From the NCBI GenBank assembly GCA_963841135.1, contig CAWJBJ010000004.1, positions 543,496 through 607,495 on the forward strand: a stretch of 64,000 nucleotides of DNA, given 5' to 3'. Below the pieces are notes generated by a model. That model made no database searches and was not told where the DNA came from. It was given only the letters and a program-made list of their open reading frames with translations. The translations under genes were made by a program, and so were the position numbers. Shown in pieces: positions 27,043 through 35,987 of this stretch (position 1 is the first letter of the stretch; every line of letters begins with the position of its first letter). Origin of the DNA: an uncultured Chloroflexia bacterium (lineage in GTDB: Bacteria; Chloroflexota; Limnocylindria; Limnocylindrales; CSP1-4).

Positions 27043-28961
27043 CGGTCCACCGGCAGCCGGCCGGTTCAGCCTGCTCCCGACACTCCCATCAAGCCGTACC
27101 CAGACCAGGGAAAGGCACGACCCGCTTGGTCATCGAGCCGCCCCAGGAATTCCTCGTCCAGCCCGTCGACGCCTCCTGGCTCCAATGCAACATCGAGTGC
27201 CAGGAAGCGTGCCCGGTCGGGACGAACTGCCGTGGCTACCTCAACCTGGCCGCCGAGGGCCGGTTCGAGGAGGGCTACATCCTGTCGCGCGAGCCGAACC
27301 CGGTCGCGGCGATGTGCTCCTACGTCTGCTCCGCGCCCTGCGAGCGCGCCTGCCGGCGCGGCGACATCGATCGGCCGCTGGCGATCCGTGCGATGAAGCG
27401 GTTCCTGGTCGAGTGGCACGAGGCCTCGGGCATCCCCGACGTCATGCCCGAGATCACGGCACGGGCCGAGCGGGTCGCCGTGGTCGGCGCCGGGCCGGCG
27501 GGTCTCTCGGTCGCGCGCGAGCTGGCCACCAAGGGCTACCAGGTCACGGTCTTCGACAGCCTGCCGTACGGCGGCGGCACGATGCTCATCGGCGTCCCGG
27601 CGTTCCGCCTGCCGCGCGAGGCGATCGAGATGGACGTGCGGCTCGTCGAGCGCCTCGGCGTGCGCTTCGTGTTCGACACGGAGATCGGCAAGGACATCAC
27701 CTTCGACCAGCTCCAGCGCGACTTCGACTCGATCGCCATCACCGCCGGCGCGATGGACGCGGTCGCGCTCGACATCCCCGGCGCCGACCTCGACGGCGTC
27801 GACTACGGCGTCGACTTCATGAAGAAGGCCAACCTCGGGCAGCCCCTCGAGGTCGGCACCGACGTGGTCGTCATCGGCGGCGGCTACACGGCGATGGACT
27901 GCTCGCGGACGAGCCTGCGCCACGGCGCGGAACGCGTCTCGATCGTCTACCGGCGGACCCGCTCCGAGCTCGTGGTCGACGAGGAGGAGCTCGGCGAGAC
28001 CGAGCGCGAGGGCGTCCGCATGGAGTTCCTCGCGAGCCCCATCGAGATCCTCGGCGAGGACGGCAAGGTCAGTGGCGTCCGGTTCATCCGGAACCGCCTC
28101 GGCGAGCCGGACGCCTCCGGCCGGCGGTCGCCCGTGCCGATCGAGGGGTCCGAATTCGTGATCCCCGCGAAGACCGTCATCCCGGCCGTCTCGCAGGCCG
28201 CGGACCTCACGTTCCTGCCGGTCGAGGCGACGTTCGAGATCAACCGCGGCCGGGTCAAGGTCGACCCGGCCACGTACGCCTCCAACGTCAAGGGCGTCTT
28301 CGCCTGCGGCGACTTCGTCACCGGCCCCACGACGCTCATCGAGGCGGCCGGCCACGGGAAGAAGTGCGCGTATGCGATCGACCGGTACCTGTCGGGCCGG
28401 ACCGACGTCACGGTCGATGCGAACGTCAAGATCACCAGCTCGTGGCGCCACGACATGCCGGACTTCTACGACGTCCTGCCCCGCCAGCACATCCCGATGG
28501 TGCCGCTGACCGCGCGCATGCCGTCCACCGACCCGGTCGTCAACTTCAACACGCCGGTCGAGCTCGGCTACGACGCGACCGGCGCGGTGGCCGAGTCGAC
28601 GCGCTGCCTCATGTGCAACTACAACATCTGGTTCGACCCCTTCCGCTGCGTCTTGTGCGGGGCGTGTGCCGATGTCTGCCCGGAGGGCGTCATCCACATG
28701 ATCGACGTCAACCAGATGAAGTCCGAGGGCCTGCTGCCCGAGCTCGAGGAGGCCTACGGCTGGGACCAGGGCGCCGCCATGGTGCTCGATGAGGAGCGCT
28801 GCATCCGCTGCGCGCTCTGCGTCAAGCGGTGCCCGTTCGACGCCATTACGATGGAGCGGTTCGAGCTGCAGGAGGTTTCGACCGACGGCCGGCTCTACAA
28901 GGAGTCGTACCGCGACGCGCAACTCGCCGGGACGCCCGGCGTGGCAGGAGGAGCCCGGTGA
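27033..28961 (+). CDS. GltD-like NAD(P)H-dependent FAD oxidoreductase fused to a 2x[4Fe-4S] ferredoxin domain
   Basis: N-terminal Fe-S region (CNIECQEACP..CSAPCERAC); VAVVGAGPAG and VVVIGGGYTAMD dinucleotide folds; FACGD; C-terminal CVLCGACADVCP and CIRCALCVKRCP. Start uncertain (26985, 27033 or TTG 27126). Confidence 0.85.
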   Translation: MVDSVHRQPAGSACSRHSHQAVPRPGKGTTRLVIEPPQEFLVQPVDASWLQCNIECQEACPVGTNCRGYLNLAAEGRFEEGYILSREPNPVAAMCSYVCSAPCERACRRGDIDRPLAIRAMKRFLVEWHEASGIPDVMPEITARAERVAVVGAGPAGLSVARELATKGYQVTVFDSLPYGGGTMLIGVPAFRLPREAIEMDVRLVERLGVRFVFDTEIGKDITFDQLQRDFDSIAITAGAMDAVALDIPGADLDGVDYGVDFMKKANLGQPLEVGTDVVVIGGGYTAMDCSRTSLRHGAERVSIVYRRTRSELVVDEEELGETEREGVRMEFLASPIEILGEDGKVSGVRFIRNRLGEPDASGRRSPVPIEGSEFVIPAKTVIPAVSQAADLTFLPVEATFEINRGRVKVDPATYASNVKGVFACGDFVTGPTTLIEAAGHGKKCAYAIDRYLSGRTDVTVDANVKITSSWRHDMPDFYDVLPRQHIPMVPLTARMPSTDPVVNFNTPVELGYDATGAVAESTRCLMCNYNIWFDPFRCVLCGACADVCPEGVIHMIDVNQMKSEGLLPELEEAYGWDQGAAMVLDEERCIRCALCVKRCPFDAITMERFELQEVSTDGRLYKESYRDAQLAGTPGVAGGAR

Positions 28962-29686
28962 GTTTCCTCGAGCGGGTGGACAACGCCATCCGCCGAAGCC
29001 CCGTCTGGCGATCGCTCTTCCGCCAGCCGTACCCGAACGACGAACGCTCGCGGGCGTACGCCGTGATGAACAATGTCTTCCTGCACATCCACCCGGTCCG
29101 CGTGCGCCAGCACGCGGTGAAGTTCGCGTACACGTTCTGCCTGGGCGGGCTGAGCTTCTTCCTGTTCCTCGTCCTGACCGTGACCGGCGTCTACCTGATG
29201 TTCTTCTACGTGCCCTCGGCGACCCTCGCCTACACGAACATCCTCGAGATCCAGGCCGAGGTCACGTTCGGGCTCCTGACGCGGAACATCCACCGCTGGG
29301 CCGCGCACCTCATGGTCTTCTTCGTCTTCCTGCACATGATGCGGGTCTTCTACCACGGGGCCTACAAGCCGCCGCGCGAGTTCAACTGGGTCGTCGGGGT
29401 CGTGCTCCTGTTCCTGACGATCATGCTGAGCTTCACGGGCTACCTGCTGCCGTGGGACCAGATCGCGTTCTGGGCGATCACGATCGGCACGAACATGGGC
29501 GGCTACGCGCCGGTGCTGAACTTCCCGGTCTCGCGGATCCTGCTCGGCGGCCTCGAGGTCGGCCAGAACACGCTCCTGCGGTTCTACGTCGGCCACGTCG
29601 TGTTCCTGCCGCTCATCGCCGCCGTCTTCCTGGCCGTCCACTTCTGGCGCATCCGCAAGGACGGCGGGATCTCGGGGCCGCTATGA
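28958..29686 (+). CDS. cytochrome b6-type (split) cytochrome b, N-terminal four-helix subunit
   Basis: The GTG overlaps the upstream TGA. Heme-ligand His pairs in HRWAAHLMVFFVFLHMM and GHVVFLPLIAAVFLAVH. The C-terminus IRKDGGISGPL is typical of b6. Confidence 0.9.
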   Translation: MSFLERVDNAIRRSPVWRSLFRQPYPNDERSRAYAVMNNVFLHIHPVRVRQHAVKFAYTFCLGGLSFFLFLVLTVTGVYLMFFYVPSATLAYTNILEIQAEVTFGLLTRNIHRWAAHLMVFFVFLHMMRVFYHGAYKPPREFNWVVGVVLLFLTIMLSFTGYLLPWDQIAFWAITIGTNMGGYAPVLNFPVSRILLGGLEVGQNTLLRFYVGHVVFLPLIAAVFLAVHFWRIRKDGGISGPL

Positions 29687-29804
29687 CGACCCATCGCGGC
29701 GTTGTCGGCTGCGCCCGCTCACTCACGCACCTTGGGGTGCGCTCGATCGCGTGCTCACCTCCGCCTTGCGCTGAGCCGTCCTATCGGCCCCTCGGGTACA
29801 TGCG

Positions 29805-30407
29805 ATGAGTGACGTCAAGCAGCCGCCCGAGCGGCGGGAGGTGCTGCCGGTCGACCCGACGCGGCGTACCGAGATCGACAAGCAGCGCGTGCCGATGTCG
29901 GCGCGGCCCTACCGGCTGCTCGCGCTCGTCAAGCAGGATGCCGTCGTCCGCGTCCAGAAGGAACCGGACGACACGGTCATGACCTGGCCGCACCTGTTGA
30001 CGATCGAGTTCCTGGCCGGCGGCGTCATGAGCATCTTCCTGCTGATGATGGGCCTGTTCATCAACGCGCCACTCGAGGAGCTGGCCAACGGCAACGTCAC
30101 GCCGGCGGTGGCCAAGGCACCGTGGTACTTCCTCGGCCTCCAGGAGTTGCTGGCCTATTTCCACCCGACGGTGGCCGGCGTCCTCGTGCCGACGTTCGTC
30201 CTGGTCGGCGCGGCGCTGATCCCGTACATCGATCGGGGCAACATCCTCTCGATCCGGCCGTCGGAGCGCAAGACCGCGGTGATGCTCTTCACGATCTTCT
30301 GCTGCCTCGGTCTCATCCTGACCTTCGTCGGCATCTTCTTCCGCGGACCCGGCTACACGTTCGTCGTCCCGTTCGTGACGGCGCCCGGCGTCTACTTCTC
30401 CCTGTGA
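29805..30407 (+). CDS. cytochrome b C-terminal subunit (subunit IV/PetD-like)
   Basis: Three TM helices with the Qo-site motif in APWYFLGLQELL. Confidence 0.85.
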   Translation: MSDVKQPPERREVLPVDPTRRTEIDKQRVPMSARPYRLLALVKQDAVVRVQKEPDDTVMTWPHLLTIEFLAGGVMSIFLLMMGLFINAPLEELANGNVTPAVAKAPWYFLGLQELLAYFHPTVAGVLVPTFVLVGAALIPYIDRGNILSIRPSERKTAVMLFTIFCCLGLILTFVGIFFRGPGYTFVVPFVTAPGVYFSL

Positions 30408-30426
30408 CCAGAGGAACCCGCGCGCG

Positions 30427-31101
30427 ATGAGCAACTACCAGGTCGAACCGATCGACAAGCCCGCCGCCCTCACGAAGGAGGCGATCAAGGCGCTTCGCCG
30501 CGAGCAGGTCCAGGGCCTGTCCCGCCGGCAGCTGATCCGCAACGCCCTCGGCGCCGGCATCGGGTTGTGGCTCCTCGAGGTGACCGCGGGGACGATCGGC
30601 TTCGCGTGGCCGAACCTGACCGGCGGCTTCGGTGCGCCGATCGAGATGGGCGACCTCGAGACGATCAAGCTCCAGAACTCGTCGCTGCCGATCGACGAGG
30701 GCTTCCCCGCCTACTACCCGGAGGCGCGGGCGTTCGTCATCCTCGTGGACCCCGGGCAGCAGCGCTTCCTGGCCGGCGAGGACGAGAGCGGCGACGGGAC
30801 GGCGCTGAACGTGCGGGCGCTGTACCAGCGCTGTCCGCACCTCGGTTGCAAGCCCAACCCCTGCCTCAAGAACTTCTGGTTCGAGTGTCCCTGCCACGGG
30901 TCGCGCTACGACCGGCTGGGCATCAAGGCCGATGGCGCCCAGTACGGACCCGCGCCGCGCGGCATGGACCGCTTCTCCATCACGGTGGACGGCGCGGGCA
31001 AGCTGACCATCAACACCGGCAAGATCACGCTCGGCCCCCTTCCGATCGCGCTCGGCCAGCCGGGCCTGATCCCGCCCCGCACCCCCACCGGCTGCATCTG
31101 A
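30427..31101 (+). CDS. Rieske [2Fe-2S] subunit
   Basis: Tat-like SRRQLIRNALGAGIG followed by a TM helix, and cluster boxes CPHLGC and CPCHGS. Confidence 0.9.
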   Translation: MSNYQVEPIDKPAALTKEAIKALRREQVQGLSRRQLIRNALGAGIGLWLLEVTAGTIGFAWPNLTGGFGAPIEMGDLETIKLQNSSLPIDEGFPAYYPEARAFVILVDPGQQRFLAGEDESGDGTALNVRALYQRCPHLGCKPNPCLKNFWFECPCHGSRYDRLGIKADGAQYGPAPRGMDRFSITVDGAGKLTINTGKITLGPLPIALGQPGLIPPRTPTGCI

Positions 31102-31132
31102 CCGTGACCCGACCCGACCCCCGAGGAGATCG

Positions 31133-32245
31133 ATGACCGACACGCCCGAAGGCGAGCCCGAGCAGCGTCTGCCCGCGACCCGTCCGTCGGCCGAGCCGGC
31201 CCCGGTCGAGCGGTTCAGCGCCCCGCCCGCCGCCCGAAGCCTGGAGCTGACGCCGGAGCGCGCCGCCCAGATCGTCCGCTCGTCGTCGAACGCGCGCTGG
31301 ATCGGCTTCCTCACGATCATCGTCGTGGTCCTGTTCATCTCGATCTACTGGTTCTACGAGCTCGGCGCGCCGCTCGGCATCACCGACGCCCGGCTCAACC
31401 AGGAGACCGACGCGCAGCAGGTCGTGGCCGTCGAGCGTGGCTACAACGTCTACGAGGCCAACTGCGCGCGCTGTCATGGCGAGAACGGGGAAGGCGGGGT
31501 CGGCCCGATCCTCAACCGCCAGGACAAGCTCTTCGCGCACCTCAACGAGAACTACCTGCGGACCGTGCTGACCGCCGGCGGTCGCTACGTCTGCGGCGAC
31601 CCGCTCTCGCTCATGCCCGTCTGGTCGAACGAGGCGAACCCGCCGGGCCCGCTCAACTATCGACAGATCGACGAGCTGATCGCGTTCCTGCGCGCGACGA
31701 ACGAGAAGTCGTACGTCGTCCGCGACCACGAGCTCGGGACGCCGCTGATCGATCCGTTGACCGGGAAGGTCAAGACGTTCAAGGGCTGGCGCGATCCGAA
31801 TTACAAGCCGGAGGCGGCAGCGACCCCGTACCCGGACTGCTGGAAGAAGGAGTTCGAGACGCCGTCCGCCGCGCCGTCGGGATCGGCCGGAGCCTCCGCC
31901 GCGCCCTCGGCCGCCCCGTCGGGCTCGGCTGCGCCCTCGGGCTCGGCCGCGCCCTCGGGCTCGGGCGGCTCGACGGTCAGCATCGCGGCCGCGGCCATCG
32001 CCTTCGCGCCAACGACCCTGACGGCGAGCGCCGGGGCGCCCTTCACCCTGGAGTTCGACAACCAGGACGCGGCCATCCCGCACAACGTGGCGATCAAGGA
32101 CGGCTCGGGCGCCCAGGTGTTCATCACCGACACCTTCCCGGGTCCCGAGAAGCGCACCTTCGAGGTGCCCGCCCTGACCGCGGGGAGCTACCCCTTCGTG
32201 TGCACCGTGCACCCCAACATGACCGGCACACTCACGGTCCAGTAG
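31133..32245 (+). CDS. membrane-anchored monoheme cytochrome c fused to a type-1 copper (cupredoxin) domain
   Basis: TM helix, CARCH heme site with distal LMPVW, an Ala/Pro/Ser/Gly repeat linker, and cupredoxin ligands IPHNV and CTVHPNM. Confidence 0.85.
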   Translation: MTDTPEGEPEQRLPATRPSAEPAPVERFSAPPAARSLELTPERAAQIVRSSSNARWIGFLTIIVVVLFISIYWFYELGAPLGITDARLNQETDAQQVVAVERGYNVYEANCARCHGENGEGGVGPILNRQDKLFAHLNENYLRTVLTAGGRYVCGDPLSLMPVWSNEANPPGPLNYRQIDELIAFLRATNEKSYVVRDHELGTPLIDPLTGKVKTFKGWRDPNYKPEAAATPYPDCWKKEFETPSAAPSGSAGASAAPSAAPSGSAAPSGSAAPSGSGGSTVSIAAAAIAFAPTTLTASAGAPFTLEFDNQDAAIPHNVAIKDGSGAQVFITDTFPGPEKRTFEVPALTAGSYPFVCTVHPNMTGTLTVQ

Positions 32246-32257
32246 GTCGAGGAGACG

Positions 32258-33709
32258 ATGGCCCAACGGGCGCTCACAGCCGGGATGACGGTGCCGCGGA
32301 AGCGGGCCCTGTTCGGCCTGCTCGACGCGGACGGATGGGCATGGGCGTCGGTCAAGGCCCTGATCTGGACGATCATCATCGTGATCCTGCTGGGCTATAT
32401 CCCGGACCGGGCGTACTACCTGACCGTCGCCCGGACGGTGGACCTCGGGGTCCTCGCCTGGTCGCCGGTCAACCTCTGCCCGCCGACGAACAAGACGTTG
32501 CCCTGTCCGGTCCCGGTCGGGGCCGTGGTCCCGTGGGATCCCTCGCCGGCCGAGCTGGCCCTGCCGCAGGCCCGGAGCGACGGAGCGGTCGTCCAGGTCG
32601 GGACGCGGCTGCTCTACATCGGCGGCACCGACGGCACGAAGGCGCAGTCCACGGTCTTCGTCGCGAATACCGTCGGGACCGGGAACTTCGACAAGTGGGC
32701 CGAGGGTCCGCCGCTGCCGGAGCCGCGCACCGAGGCGGGCGTCGCGTTCGTTGCCGGCAGCGTCTACGTGATGGGCGGACTCGATGCCGACGGCGCCCCG
32801 ACCACGACGACGTACGTCCTCGCGCCCGACGGCACGACCGGTGAGCTCGGCGAGTGGAAGGAGGCTCCCGAGGCCCTCGTCCTGCCCGAGGCCCGGTCGG
32901 GCGCCGGCGCTGTCGCGACGGCCGACGGCATGCTGCTGATCGGCGGCTCCAACGCCGATGGGCCGGTCAACACGACGTGGAAGTCGACGTTCGACCAGAG
33001 CGGGGTTCTCGGCAAGTGGGCCGCCGAGCAGCCCCTGGCGTCGGCGCAGACGGGCGTGACGGCCGGGGTCGTCGGCGATTTCGTCTGGGTCTTCGGCGGC
33101 CGGGACGCGAGCGGCCCGGTGGCGACGGTCCAGCGCGGCGATTTCGGACAACCCGCCGCCGCAGGGCTTCCCGCGAACCCCGACGAGGGCAAGGTCGTCG
33201 CCTGGGCCACCAACCCGAGCGCCAACCTGCCCGGACCTCGCGCCGATGCCGCCGCATGGGCCGTCAACGGCGCGCTCTACGTCGTGGGCGGCGACGACGG
33301 GACCGGCGCCCGCACGGAGCTGTACTGGGCGCTGCCGTCGAACGGCGGTGACATCGCCGAGTGGAAGCACCTCGATGTCAGCGACCTCCCGACCCCGATG
33401 ACCGGAGGCGCGCCCGTGGTCAGCGGACCGAACGCGATCATCGTCGGCGGCACGACGGCCGATGGCGTGGTCGGCACGAGCGAGCGCGCGAACATCGCCC
33501 CCCAGGCCCCGTTCTTCCAGCTGGGCCTCGTCGGCGCGGTCGTGCCGGGCCTGACGATCGGCGGCGAGATCGGCCAGCAGCTCGGCTACCTGAACGCGGC
33601 CGGTGCCGGCACGGTCGGGTTCGTCCTCCTGATCATCCTCGGCTGGGCGTGGGCCCACAAGGAGCAGTCGCGCGCCCTCGTCGGGCGGGTCTTGCGCCGC
33701 CGCCGCTGA
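32258..33709 (+). CDS. Kelch-repeat beta-propeller protein with N- and C-terminal TM helices
   Basis: Repeated ..YV.GG.D..G... blades (LLYIGGTDG, VYVMGGLDADG, MLLIGGSNADG, VWVFGGRDASG, LYVVGGDDG, AIIVGGTTADG). Starts 12 nt after the cytochrome c gene. Confidence 0.75.
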   Translation: MAQRALTAGMTVPRKRALFGLLDADGWAWASVKALIWTIIIVILLGYIPDRAYYLTVARTVDLGVLAWSPVNLCPPTNKTLPCPVPVGAVVPWDPSPAELALPQARSDGAVVQVGTRLLYIGGTDGTKAQSTVFVANTVGTGNFDKWAEGPPLPEPRTEAGVAFVAGSVYVMGGLDADGAPTTTTYVLAPDGTTGELGEWKEAPEALVLPEARSGAGAVATADGMLLIGGSNADGPVNTTWKSTFDQSGVLGKWAAEQPLASAQTGVTAGVVGDFVWVFGGRDASGPVATVQRGDFGQPAAAGLPANPDEGKVVAWATNPSANLPGPRADAAAWAVNGALYVVGGDDGTGARTELYWALPSNGGDIAEWKHLDVSDLPTPMTGGAPVVSGPNAIIVGGTTADGVVGTSERANIAPQAPFFQLGLVGAVVPGLTIGGEIGQQLGYLNAAGAGTVGFVLLIILGWAWAHKEQSRALVGRVLRRRR

Positions 33710-33713
33710 GCCC

Positions 33714-34082
33714 CTAGCCCGGGAGCTCGCCCTCGCCCGGGTCCGGCGTCCCGGATCGCGTCGGCAGGCCGGCGTTCGCCCAGGCCTCCATGCCGCCGGC
33801 CACGTTCACGACATCCGTCCGGCCGCTCCGTGCCAGGAAGCCGGTGACCGCCGCCGACCGGCCGCCCGTGTGACAGATGACGAGGATCGGCCGATCGGTC
33901 GGCACGTCGTCGACCCGCGCCTGGAACGTCGACATCGGGATCAGGAGCGCGCCGGGCGCTCGAACGGTCTCGAACTCGCTCACCTCGCGGACGTCCAGCA
34001 GGACCGGGCGATCCGGGTCGTCGCGAAGCCGTCGATCGGCCTCGGTCACGTCGATCGAGGGCACCGCGCCCGGCAGCGTCAT
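33714..34082 (-). CDS. single-domain rhodanese sulfurtransferase
   Basis: LLDVRE..E and the active-site loop ICHTGGRS. 122 aa. Confidence 0.85.
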   Translation of the reverse strand: MTLPGAVPSIDVTEADRRLRDDPDRPVLLDVREVSEFETVRAPGALLIPMSTFQARVDDVPTDRPILVICHTGGRSAAVTGFLARSGRTDVVNVAGGMEAWANAGLPTRSGTPDPGEGELPG

Positions 34083-34519
34083 GATCGGCTCCTCTCGAGC
34101 TCTGGCGGTCCAAGCGTGGGTCCGTCGGCATGGGCCGATAGATCCGCGAGCCGGCGATCGATCTCGCCGATGAGCCCGTCGAGGTCGATGCCGCCGCGCC
34201 GACCGTCGCCATCCGCCGAGGCCTCCACGAGCCAGGCCCGCGCCCCGGTCAGGTTCTTCGCGATCCCCGCCGGGTTGCCGCGCACGTCGTGGACGTACGC
34301 CGCGGCGAGCTTGATGAGCCCCTGGAGGAACGCGCGCTCGCCCGGATCGTCGGTGCCCATCCAGGCCGGTTCGAGCAGCTCGTGCGCCTCGAAGAAGTCG
34401 CCGCGATCGTACGCGTCCAGCCCGGCGGTGAGCGCGGACCCGCGCGTCTCGACATCCAGCGGCCGGAATGCCTTCGCGCGCCCGGCCGAGTCGACGACCC
34501 GCAGGCGCTCGGCGGTCAC
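34079..34519 (-). CDS. DUF309 domain protein
   Basis: Contains GDFFEAHELLEPAW..FLQGLIKLAAAYVH. The GTG start overlaps the upstream stop (GTGA). Confidence 0.7.
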   Translation of the reverse strand: MTAERLRVVDSAGRAKAFRPLDVETRGSALTAGLDAYDRGDFFEAHELLEPAWMGTDDPGERAFLQGLIKLAAAYVHDVRGNPAGIAKNLTGARAWLVEASADGDGRRGGIDLDGLIGEIDRRLADLSAHADGPTLGPPELERSRS

Positions 34520-34977
34520 GACAGCTCGCTCAGCGGCTGGCGACTGCTGAAGCCCGCATCGATCGGGTGCCAGAAGCCGACCTGCTCCTCGCCGCGCTGC
34601 CAGCACAGCCAGACCTGCCGGCCGTTGACGAGCGCCGGGAAGTCGACGAGGCCATCGCCGATGTCGCGCAACGTGATGCCCATCGCCTCGATCCGGGCGA
34701 CCCCGGCCGCCATCTGGTCCACGAGGCCCTGCATCCGGAGGCGCGTCAGGCGCAGCTCGTCCGCGGCGACCGCGGTCTCGGCCGGGCTGGTGGGCACAGG
34801 TCGCACGGCGGCGGGCTCCTCGGCGGCCTCGTCGCTCGCGGCGGCCGCCGAACGACGGGCGAGCACGTCGTCGCGAAGCCGGATCAGCTCCGCGCGCTGC
34901 GCGGCCAGCGTCGCCAGGATCTCATCGAGCTCCGGGACCGCCGCGTTCGCGTCATCGATATCGTAGAAGCGGGTCAC
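34516..34977 (-). CDS. DUF2203 domain protein
   Basis: MTRFYDIDDANAAVPEL at the N-terminus and LVDFPALVNGRQVWLCWQ..E..FWH at the C-terminus. Confidence 0.7.
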   Translation of the reverse strand: MTRFYDIDDANAAVPELDEILATLAAQRAELIRLRDDVLARRSAAAASDEAAEEPAAVRPVPTSPAETAVAADELRLTRLRMQGLVDQMAAGVARIEAMGITLRDIGDGLVDFPALVNGRQVWLCWQRGEEQVGFWHPIDAGFSSRQPLSELS

Positions 34978-35055
34978 AGGACGGCGATTCTAGCCCGAGT
35001 CGTCGCGTACCATCGGTCGCGAGTCATCGACCACCGACCGTGAAGAGGAGACAGC

Positions 35056-35973
35056 ATGCGTCGGGTCTTCCTGTGGGCCGCCCGGAATGGCTGGCTGAAG
35101 GACCACCTGCCTCGCCTCGGCTTCATGCGCCGAGCGGTCCGGCGCTTCATGCCGGGCGAGACGATCGACGACGCATTGACCGCCGCGGCGCCCCTCCAGG
35201 CGGCCGGGATCGGCACGCTGTACACGCGCCTCGGCGAGAACCTCGAGAGCCTCGCCGAGGCGGACGAGGTCGCGGACCACTACCGGATGGTCGTCGATCG
35301 CATCAAGGCGGCTGGCATCGACGGCGAGATCTCCGTCAAGCCCACCCAGCTCGGCCTCGACCACGACGCGGACGCGTGCCTGGCCCACCTCGAGCGACTG
35401 GCCGCCTACGCAGTCGCCAACGGCTCGTACCTGTGGATCGACATGGAGGGCAGCGCCTACACCGACGCGACGATCGATCTCTACGAGCGCCTGCGCGCGA
35501 CCCAGCCGAGCACGGGCATCTGCCTCCAGGCGTACCTGCGCCGGACCGCCGGCGACATCGACCGGCTGCTCCCGCTTGACCCGGCCATCCGCCTGGTCAA
35601 GGGGGCCTACGACGAGCCCGCGGCGATCGCCTATCGCGACAAGCGAGCAGTCGATTCGAACTATGCCGCGCTCGCCGTCCGGTTCCTGCTCGATGGCCGG
35701 GGGCGCTCGATCCGCCTCGGCCTCGGGACTCATGACGTCACGCTCGTCGAGCAGATCGCGGAGAGCGTCGCGCCCGCCGGCGTGGGACGGACGGACTTCG
35801 CGGTGCAGATGCTGTACGGGATCCGCACGGCCGAGCAGTACCGCCTGGCGAAGGCGGGCTATCGCGTCGAGGCGCTCATCGCGTACGGTGACGCCTGGTA
35901 TCCGTGGTACATGCGCCGGCTCGCCGAGCGACCGGCCAACGTGACCTTCGCGATCCGCTCGCTGCTGCCGTAG
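35056..35973 (+). CDS. proline dehydrogenase (monofunctional)
   Basis: Contains SVKPTQLGL, YLWIDMEGS, LQAYLRR, RLVKGAY and QMLYG motifs. GAGGAG lies before the ATG. Confidence 0.9.
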   Translation: MRRVFLWAARNGWLKDHLPRLGFMRRAVRRFMPGETIDDALTAAAPLQAAGIGTLYTRLGENLESLAEADEVADHYRMVVDRIKAAGIDGEISVKPTQLGLDHDADACLAHLERLAAYAVANGSYLWIDMEGSAYTDATIDLYERLRATQPSTGICLQAYLRRTAGDIDRLLPLDPAIRLVKGAYDEPAAIAYRDKRAVDSNYAALAVRFLLDGRGRSIRLGLGTHDVTLVEQIAESVAPAGVGRTDFAVQMLYGIRTAEQYRLAKAGYRVEALIAYGDAWYPWYMRRLAERPANVTFAIRSLLP

Positions 35974-35987
35974 GCAGGAGGCCGACC

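Noticed and set aside
27066-28922. 618-aa minus-strand ORF
   Set aside because: It is antisense to the GltD-like flavoprotein gene, which has clear cofactor motifs. This is a high-GC artefact.
31861-31980. Tandem 18-nt-like repeats
   Set aside because: They are a coding Ala/Pro/Ser/Gly linker of the cytochrome c::cupredoxin gene, not a CRISPR or satellite locus.
31025-33658. 877-aa minus-strand ORF
   Set aside because: It is antisense to the cytochrome c::cupredoxin and Kelch genes. The composition is Arg/Gly/Asp-rich with no recognisable domain.
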